Shown here piece after piece: positions 57,474 to 64,000 of a stretch of 64,000 nucleotides of DNA. The position numbers were made by a program, and so were the translations under genes. Each line of letters begins with the position of its first letter. The stretch's first letter is position 1. The notes beneath the pieces were generated by a model. The model was not told the origin of the DNA. It saw only the letters and a list, made by a program, of their open reading frames with translations, and did not search any database. Origin of the DNA: an uncultured Gammaproteobacteria bacterium (GTDB taxonomy: Bacteria; Patescibacteriota; Microgenomatia; Daviesbacterales; UBA10151); assembly GCA_964645555.1 (NCBI GenBank), contig CAZYBP010000001.1:759-64758 (forward strand), given 5' to 3'.

Positions 57474-58284
57474 TTGCTAATCTGCCTTTTATATAACCTA
57501 AACCGCCGGCTATTTGCTCTAAAGTTAACATAAAAAACATCCCTATTGCTAGTACCGGATGGGAAAATAAAATCCTAAAGTTACGGTAAAAAACAGGCCT
57601 TAGAAAATAAATAGTCTTAGGACTGAAAACGGAAATATTATTCTTCCCTAAATACCGATGGCTTTTTAGAGCATAATAATATTTCTTACTGATTAGTTTA
57701 CGTATCGAAGGAATTCTCTCATAGTGATAGATCTTAGATTTTATTCTCACGAGCTTAAAACCATTTTTTCTAACATTTTCGGGAAAATCCCAATCCTCCG
57801 GGCCGGTAATTGATTCATCATATCCCTCTACTTTATTAAATGCCTCCCTGGTAAAAAATCTGGCAGCATCAGTTGTAATATCGCCTTCAATGTTATAAAA
57901 GGAGCGCTCAAAGGCTTTTACTTTTTCCCAAAAATTTTCACCTATTGATTGTTCCGGTATAACTATTCCGCCTATGCTTGAATCTTTCTCGCATTCCGCA
58001 ACACATTCTGCTACTACATCTTTTTGTAAAACCATATCTGCATCTAAAATCATCAAATATTTACCACTGGATCTTTTTACACCCATATTTCTCTGTGCAC
58101 TTCTTTCGGGACCAAATGTATACACTTTTATCCCCATTTTTTTAGCAATTTGAAAGGTCCCGTCCGTAGAATTGTTATCTACCAGGATTATCTCCAAATT
58201 CTGATAACTTTGATTTCTGATCGAATCAATGAGTCTTTTGATAACATCCTTCTCGTTTTTAGTCGTGATTATAATGGAAACCAT
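57463..58284 (-). CDS. Glycosyltransferase family 2
   Basis: VSIIITTKNEKDVI...ILVDNNSTDGT followed by MILDADM. Confidence 0.8.
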   Translation of the reverse strand: MVSIIITTKNEKDVIKRLIDSIRNQSYQNLEIILVDNNSTDGTFQIAKKMGIKVYTFGPERSAQRNMGVKRSSGKYLMILDADMVLQKDVVAECVAECEKDSSIGGIVIPEQSIGENFWEKVKAFERSFYNIEGDITTDAARFFTREAFNKVEGYDESITGPEDWDFPENVRKNGFKLVRIKSKIYHYERIPSIRKLISKKYYYALKSHRYLGKNNISVFSPKTIYFLRPVFYRNFRILFSHPVLAIGMFFMLTLEQIAGGLGYIKGRLANEK

Positions 58285-58317
58285 TTTTAAATTATATCTT
58301 ACTTTATTGTATATAAT

Positions 58318-58944
58318 ATGTATAATATCGTCATGATTAAAGCTATAATATTTGATTTAGATGGTGTGCTAATTGACGCAACAGAATGGCATTATGAAGC
58401 ATTAAATGATGCACTGAAAATTTTTGGTTATGAATTAGGCCTAGAAGAACACTTAACTACCTATAATGGGTTACCCACAGCCGAAAAGCTCAAGCTACTA
58501 TCGGAGAAAAAAGGGCTTCCTTTGGGTTTACATGAAATTATCAAAGTAATGAAAAGAAAATTAACAGATGAAAGAGTCAGACAACTTTGCAGTCCCAGTC
58601 ACGAAAAACAAATCATGCTCACAAATTTGAAACATAAAGGGTATAAACTTGCCTGTTGTTCCAATGCACAAAAATATTCGGTCATGAATATGTTAGAGTC
58701 TGCAAAGATTGATCATTTTTTTAGTGTTATCATGGGAAATGATGAAGGTTATAAACCTAAACCAGCGCCGGATATATATTTGGCAACATTTAAAGAGCTT
58801 AAAGTTCCTCCAAACGAAGTTATAATTGTTGAGGATGCTTCACACGGCATAGAAGCTGCCAAAAGAAGTGGGGCGAAGGTAATTGCAGTACGTGGTTTCG
58901 AAGATGTAAACTTATCATTGTTTTTGGATTTAAACTTAGTATAG
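58318..58944 (+). CDS. HAD-superfamily hydrolase (beta-phosphoglucomutase/phosphatase subfamily)
   Basis: IIFDLDGVLIDAT motif I (DxDG) and C-terminal EDASHGIEAAKRSG (motif IV region). Confidence 0.7.
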   Translation: MYNIVMIKAIIFDLDGVLIDATEWHYEALNDALKIFGYELGLEEHLTTYNGLPTAEKLKLLSEKKGLPLGLHEIIKVMKRKLTDERVRQLCSPSHEKQIMLTNLKHKGYKLACCSNAQKYSVMNMLESAKIDHFFSVIMGNDEGYKPKPAPDIYLATFKELKVPPNEVIIVEDASHGIEAAKRSGAKVIAVRGFEDVNLSLFLDLNLV

Positions 58945-59703
58945 ATGAAAAACAGCCGTAATTTAAACATTGTTATACCGATGTCTGGAGGTGGCGCCAG
59001 CTTTACTGCTGCCGGTTATACTTTCCCAAAACCCTTAATAGACATTAACGGCAAACCGATGATTCAGTTAATAATTGAAAATTTAACTCCTAAATTTATT
59101 CATCAATTTATATTGATTCCTAAAAAAGAACATTTCGATAAATACTCCCTGCATCAAGTATTTAATAATGTAGCCAAGGGAAATTTTATTACAATTTTGC
59201 AAACTGCACCGACACAGGGAGCAGCGTGCACTGTTTTAAATGCCATCGATTACATCAAGAGTGACACGGAGTTAATCATTGCCAATGCCGACCAAATAAT
59301 TGATGTTGATATCAATAAATTTATTCAGTTTGCCAGAAAATCGAAAGCGGACGGAGTAATCATGACTTTTAATTCTCAACACCCTAAGTGGAGTTATGCC
59401 AGAGTTGATAAAAAAGGGCGGGTCTTAGAGGTAGCGGAAAAAAAGGTTATATCGGATCAGGCAACGGTTGGAATTTATTATTTTAAAAAGGGTTCGGATT
59501 TTGTAACCTCCGCTTTCTCTATGATTGAAAAAAATATCAGGTTTAATAATGATTTTTATGTTTGCCCTACCTTTAATGAAATGATTCTTGCCGGAAAAAA
59601 TATTATCAATTGGGAAATAAAACAATCTCAAATGCATGGCCTGGGTACACCTGAAGATTTAAATAAATATTTGTCTAAGTTAGAACAAAAAACCAAAAGA
59701 TGA
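58945..59703 (+). CDS. Sugar-phosphate nucleotidyltransferase (NTP_transferase fold)
   Basis: VIPMSGGGASF...PKPLIDINGKPMI matches the (I/V)PMAG-G-RF / KPL...GKPMI signature. 252 aa. Confidence 0.6.
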   Translation: MKNSRNLNIVIPMSGGGASFTAAGYTFPKPLIDINGKPMIQLIIENLTPKFIHQFILIPKKEHFDKYSLHQVFNNVAKGNFITILQTAPTQGAACTVLNAIDYIKSDTELIIANADQIIDVDINKFIQFARKSKADGVIMTFNSQHPKWSYARVDKKGRVLEVAEKKVISDQATVGIYYFKKGSDFVTSAFSMIEKNIRFNNDFYVCPTFNEMILAGKNIINWEIKQSQMHGLGTPEDLNKYLSKLEQKTKR

Positions 59704-60470
59704 AAATTATCATTCCGATGGCGGGTAAGGGTTCTAGGTTTTTAGATGCAGCAAACTTAAATCCTGAATATAAAAAGCCAAAACCTTTAATTAAAATACT
59801 GGGTAAACCGATGATCGCCTGGGCAATTGATTCCCTTGCAAAGTTTAAAGTAAAACCCGCCGGTTACATCTTCATTTGCCGTAAGGATCATGAGGATGAA
59901 TTTAAAATCTCTCAATCATTAAAGAATCTATTTGGCAGTCAGATTAAAATAATTTTAATTGATCAAATAACGAGGGGTGCTGCGGAAACTGTCTTGAAGG
60001 CTGAAGAATATATAAATACAGATGAAGATATTTTAATTTCTGACTCAGACCATTATTTTGACGGTAGTTTCCTATATGACAAAATCCGCAGTAAAGATTC
60101 TAAAACGGCGGGCATCATTCCGGTTTTCCAACCCCCTGATCAGGACCCAAAATGGAGTTTTTCTTTAGTTGAGAAAGCTGACGTAATTACAGCAGTAGGA
60201 GAAAAGGATAAAGAGTTAGCTGCCAAGGGAGCACTGGCTAATATTGGTGGTTATTATTTTACTCATGGCAATGTTTTTGTTAAAGAAGTGAAAGAGGCCA
60301 TTTTAAAAAATCATTTAACAGGTGATGAGGGCAAAAAAGAATTTTATGTGGCACCAATTTATCAAAGGCTAATTAATAAAGGAATGAAGATTGTGGCAGC
60401 AATTACCCCCAGGGTTTGGGGTTTAGGTACCCCAAAAGATGTTGAATATTTTGAGAAAAATTTTATCTAA
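59700..60470 (+). CDS. Sugar-phosphate nucleotidyltransferase (paralog of the preceding gene)
   Basis: IIPMAGKGSRF...KPKPLIKILGKPMI. 256 aa. Start overlaps the previous stop (ATGA). Confidence 0.6.
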   Translation: MKIIIPMAGKGSRFLDAANLNPEYKKPKPLIKILGKPMIAWAIDSLAKFKVKPAGYIFICRKDHEDEFKISQSLKNLFGSQIKIILIDQITRGAAETVLKAEEYINTDEDILISDSDHYFDGSFLYDKIRSKDSKTAGIIPVFQPPDQDPKWSFSLVEKADVITAVGEKDKELAAKGALANIGGYYFTHGNVFVKEVKEAILKNHLTGDEGKKEFYVAPIYQRLINKGMKIVAAITPRVWGLGTPKDVEYFEKNFI

Positions 60471-61443
60471 ATCCCTGGTAGCCCTGATAGCAAACTCTTG
60501 CCAATTCCAATACATCATCATGCATAGGACCATTTGTACCTATCGCAACCTGAGTTGATTCATTTACAGAATGTCCATTAACATCTGTAAATTTTCCACC
60601 GGCTTCAATAATTGCCAAACCTCCGGCAGCCAGGTCAAAGAAACCTCCTACTGCATCAGTTAAAGTTAGTCTGGCTGAACCTTTAGCAACCTTTAGCTGC
60701 TGGTCAATATTGCTCCCGCTCATCCTAAAACCTAAATTATTACCAGCTAGATCAACCAAACCCGCCATAAAAGTAAACTTAGAATCTCTGGTTTTTGAAT
60801 TAAACAAAGCATCAATGTAAGCTATACCGCCCACTAAAGTTGGGGCTTTGGAAACCTCTATCTGTCGGCAATCAGTGGTCATAAATAAACCTTCAACTTT
60901 GAGTCCCGAGGGGCTTCCCCAAAGATCTTCTAATTCTTTTTCCCCTGCCAATCTATACAGAAAGGCTCCTTTTCCAGCCACTGCTACAACTAATTCTCTT
61001 TCAAAGGGATGACAAATAACAGCTGCATATGGCCTCTTGCTGCTGTAAACAGCAATGCCAACTGTTGAGTAACGCTGCCCTTCTGCGTAGCTTGATGTTC
61101 CATCCAACGGATCCACATGCCAAGCATTACCTTCACTTGCCGTACCTTTTTCGTCGCCGCTTTCTTCTTCATTAATTCTGTCTTCCGGAAACTGATCGCG
61201 GATCAATCTCTTGATTACAGTACCCGAGTGAGTATCGGCCACCGTTTTAGGAGTGTCTCCATCTTTAGCTTTATACTCAACTTTTAAAACCTCAGGACTG
61301 GCACCATGAATAGCCAATACTTCTCTTGCTCCCTCAATGGCGGCAGCTGCTGCAATAGTAACTCTTGGATCGGAAAGACCTATGGTCTGCAATCTCTCAT
61401 GAGTTTCATTTAGTAAAGATGCACGTTCCGGATTAACTGACAT
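60463..61443 (-). CDS. Inositol-monophosphatase-family phosphatase (IMPase/FBPase fold)
   Basis: WHVDPLDGTSSY, the W-x-(V/I)DP(I/L)DGT metal-binding signature, plus upstream acidic EE residues. Confidence 0.65.
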   Translation of the reverse strand: MSVNPERASLLNETHERLQTIGLSDPRVTIAAAAAIEGAREVLAIHGASPEVLKVEYKAKDGDTPKTVADTHSGTVIKRLIRDQFPEDRINEEESGDEKGTASEGNAWHVDPLDGTSSYAEGQRYSTVGIAVYSSKRPYAAVICHPFERELVVAVAGKGAFLYRLAGEKELEDLWGSPSGLKVEGLFMTTDCRQIEVSKAPTLVGGIAYIDALFNSKTRDSKFTFMAGLVDLAGNNLGFRMSGSNIDQQLKVAKGSARLTLTDAVGGFFDLAAGGLAIIEAGGKFTDVNGHSVNESTQVAIGTNGPMHDDVLELARVCYQGYQGFR

Positions 61444-61540
61444 ACAAAGGGTATGTTAGCATAATATAATACTTGGTACAACTATAAGCTAAACAATTTA
61501 TTGTTGAGTACTATTAAACCTCTATGCTATTATCATTTAA

Positions 61541-62389
61541 GTGAACCAGATAAAAGTTATTTCTCACCGTGGGGGATTCCTACCGGAGGGGCCTATACCT
61601 ACCGTGCAAAATCAATATAAATTGCCGGAGAATACTTTGGAGGCATTTGAAAGAGCTTTCCAAAACGGATGGGGTATTGAGACAGATGTTAGGCTCACAG
61701 GTGATGGAAATTTTATTATCATCCATGACGCAGATATAGTTAGGTTTTCAGGAAATCAGGGTGTAATTGATCAAATGACTGCTTCTCAAATCCAAAAGGT
61801 TGGTTTTAAAACAAATCCCAGTTTTAAAATCCCCGCCTTAGACGAACTCTTTGAACTTACCCAAAAGTATAGTCAAAAAAACCAACTGCCTTTCATTGCC
61901 TTTCAAATTAAACGAGGTAGTAACCCAAAAAGCGGAGTCGAAGTTGGAGAAGCAATCGCAAACGGAATGCAAAAATTTAATTTGCAAACAAGCATTGTCT
62001 TTGATGCAACATTGGAAGAAGCTAAACAATTGCATCGCGAATTTCCCTGGCTTAATTTGTCCGTATCGGTTGGTGAAGAAAATTACAGTCCTACTATTTA
62101 TACACCCTCTCAAGTACTATCAGATGAATTCAGCACCGTTTATACTTCTGTCTGGGCAGATGAATGGAAAAAGCCTTATTCTATATACAAAAAGCGATTA
62201 TTTGAGAACCTACGTAATGTTTACAAGGGCAGGATTGATGTTATCTCACCTGAACTCCATTACAATGAAGATCATCCTACTGCCAGAGATTTAGCCAAAT
62301 TAAAAGCTCTTTGGCAAGAAATTATCAGTTGGGATATTGCAGATGGAATTTGCACTGATTATCCAACAACACTGCAATTGCTTACATAA
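61541..62389 (+). CDS. Glycerophosphodiester phosphodiesterase (GDPD) family protein
   Basis: HRGG...ENTLEAFERAFQNGWGIETDVRLTGDGNFIIIHD, the HR-x-ENT-x-FE-x-D-x-HD pattern of GDPD. Start is GTG in the sequence. Confidence 0.65.
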   Translation: MNQIKVISHRGGFLPEGPIPTVQNQYKLPENTLEAFERAFQNGWGIETDVRLTGDGNFIIIHDADIVRFSGNQGVIDQMTASQIQKVGFKTNPSFKIPALDELFELTQKYSQKNQLPFIAFQIKRGSNPKSGVEVGEAIANGMQKFNLQTSIVFDATLEEAKQLHREFPWLNLSVSVGEENYSPTIYTPSQVLSDEFSTVYTSVWADEWKKPYSIYKKRLFENLRNVYKGRIDVISPELHYNEDHPTARDLAKLKALWQEIISWDIADGICTDYPTTLQLLT

Positions 62390-62413
62390 ATTAGTTATCA
62401 TATAATCCCATTA

Positions 62414-63583
62414 ATGACTGGCTCATTTACTAAAGGTAAGGGACTTACCTTAATCCCTAAAAATATTGATAACCTATTTCGTCTTAGTCCCAAAATTAAG
62501 GAAGAAAGTTTGGATTATGTCCATCTTAAAAAGTTTGTAGAAAAAAGAAAATTTGCACCCATTCTTTTAAAAGAATGCTTCTTTGTAATAAAGCCCAAAG
62601 GGTATTTAACTATTGATTATAAACCTTCAAAACAGATTAATTTTATATCTTTAGAAGAATTACTTTGGTGGTTATTTAGAGGAAACTACACCATTATCTT
62701 ACACAAAGAAGGTGAAATTAACCGTTTGATCATTCAAAAAAAGAAAACTGTTTTTGCAAAAGAAGACAGTATTGATAACTGGTCTTTTGGCATTATCACA
62801 AACGGAGACAGGGATGACTGGATGGAAATGATCATAGAATCAATTAAAAAGCAAAAGATCCCTCATTATGAAATTATCATTTGCGGCAAATACAGAAAAC
62901 GCCCGGAAAAAAATATAACTTACATTCCCTTTAGCGAAAGAGCGGACAGGGGATGGATTACCAAAAAAAAGAATTTAATAGTAGAAAAAGCAAAATATGA
63001 AAATCTTTGTATGATTCATGACCGCCTTGTTTTAAATTCAAACTGGTATCAGGGCATGAAAAAATACGGAAATGCTTTTGAGCTGCTCGGTTGCGTTCAA
63101 AGACAAAGTAACGGAGAACAGGCGGGAGACTGGCTGACTTGGGGAGGTCCATTATATAGCTTTTATAAAATAGCCGGGATGGAATATTCAGACTGGGATT
63201 ATAATACCTATCTGTCAGGGCAGTTAGTAATTATTAAAAAAAGAATATATGAAAAGGTTTTATGGGATGAGACAACTTTTTGGATACCTAAAACCAAACG
63301 CGACCTGGTGGCAGACGGAGATTTTAGTTTTAGGGCCAGAGATTTAGGACATTTAATCAGGTTTAACCCCTACTCTTCCTGCTTGGCGCTTTCCTGGCGC
63401 CACGGACATGTGCCGCTGCGTTATGACCCCACCAAAGGGATTATTCCCGATATGTTAATTCGAAGAACTATCCGGCTTTTCGGAAGAAGGTTTCATAATA
63501 TTCAACCAATCAATTGGCTTGCTCTTAAAATATTAGCTGTTTTAGTAAAAACTGGTGTCTATCAAAAAATAGTCTCCAAATAA
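62414..63583 (+). CDS. Hypothetical protein (possible divergent GT-A-like enzyme)
   Basis: 389-aa ORF with coding-like composition. The internal WSFGIITNGDRDDW...YEIIICG segment weakly resembles a GT-A nucleotide-binding core. No confident family assignment. Confidence 0.4.
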   Translation: MTGSFTKGKGLTLIPKNIDNLFRLSPKIKEESLDYVHLKKFVEKRKFAPILLKECFFVIKPKGYLTIDYKPSKQINFISLEELLWWLFRGNYTIILHKEGEINRLIIQKKKTVFAKEDSIDNWSFGIITNGDRDDWMEMIIESIKKQKIPHYEIIICGKYRKRPEKNITYIPFSERADRGWITKKKNLIVEKAKYENLCMIHDRLVLNSNWYQGMKKYGNAFELLGCVQRQSNGEQAGDWLTWGGPLYSFYKIAGMEYSDWDYNTYLSGQLVIIKKRIYEKVLWDETTFWIPKTKRDLVADGDFSFRARDLGHLIRFNPYSSCLALSWRHGHVPLRYDPTKGIIPDMLIRRTIRLFGRRFHNIQPINWLALKILAVLVKTGVYQKIVSK

Positions 63584-63595
63584 GACCAATATGTC

Positions 63596-64000
63596 ATTTC
63601 TAATTCCAGCTGCCATTATTTTTTTGATTAGCCTCTTTACTTTTTATCCGAGTTTTTCCTTGGGGTTGTTTGGGGATGACTGGCTGGAACTTTGGATGTA
63701 TATGCATTATTTCGGACCGCAAGCAACTCCTGGCATAACCAATCCTTTTAGTTATTTTCTAAGTGGGTATGGCCCTTATGGTACTACTATGGCCTTAATT
63801 TATAAGTTCTTTGGACAAAATCACAGTGTTTATTATCTTTTCTCATACATATTCAGACTGTCTGCCGCTTTTGCCATCTGGCCATTGGTGAACTATTTAA
63901 CCGGCAGTAAATTGGCTGCCTTCTATGGATCATTATTTTTGTCTATCACTTTTATTGGATTGCAGACTACCGATTGGACATTTAATTTAACATCATACCT
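63596..64000 (+). CDS. Family-B polytopic membrane protein (GT-C-fold candidate), 5' partial at window end
   Basis: LGLFGDDWLELWMYMHYFGP matches the LFGDDW motif of 17233.., 20787.. and 9468... Truncated by the window edge. Confidence 0.55.

Noticed and set aside
1-64000. CRISPR arrays, tRNA/rRNA genes, transposases, integrases, phage genes, toxin-antitoxin or restriction-modification genes
   Set aside because: No regularly spaced direct repeats, no tRNA-like GC-rich cloverleaf candidates and no ORFs with nuclease, recombinase or ATPase signatures were found. The methyltransferases all look like small-molecule or sugar class-I MTs rather than DNA MTases (no DPPY/ENV-type motifs).

Overview
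This is an AT-rich (roughly one-third GC), very gene-dense 64-kb window that is almost entirely one cell-surface glycan biosynthesis and decoration island. Intergenic spacers are short or absent, several adjacent genes share ATGA start/stop overlaps, and convergent gene pairs overlap at their 3' ends. I can support about 50 protein-coding genes:
- At least 13 glycosyltransferases (GT2, GT4, and one GtrB-like polyprenyl-phosphate GT with C-terminal TM helices).
- A Wzx-like flippase.
- A set of nucleotide-sugar enzymes: a WecB-like UDP-GlcNAc 2-epimerase, a WecC/Ugd-like dehydrogenase, several extended-SDR epimerases/dehydratases, a GDP-fucose-synthase-like gene, a UXS-like gene, an FdtA/WxcM-like cupin and a Gfo/Idh/MocA oxidoreductase.
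- An AsnB-like amidotransferase and a NodU/CmcH-type carbamoyltransferase.
- Six SAM methyltransferases, including a TylF-type O-MT and a TylCIII-type C-MT.
- Two tandem sugar-phosphate nucleotidyltransferases flanked by HAD, IMPase-family and GDPD genes.
- Most striking, eleven large polytopic membrane proteins in three paralog families that look like GT-C-type transferases using lipid-linked sugars. Family A has five genes of 700-1140 aa sharing an RNPFEK-x-G motif and a C-terminal ANGWL motif with a TM anchor. Family B has four genes with an N-terminal LFGDDW motif, one cut by the window end. Family C has two 770-790 aa genes.
Two family-A paralogs carry a single in-frame stop (one TAA, one TGA) at positions that align without gaps to intact paralogs. 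No rRNA, tRNA, CRISPR, transposase or integrase was found. By inference the host is an AT-rich, compact-genome bacterium, possibly CPR-like or another ultra-small lineage.
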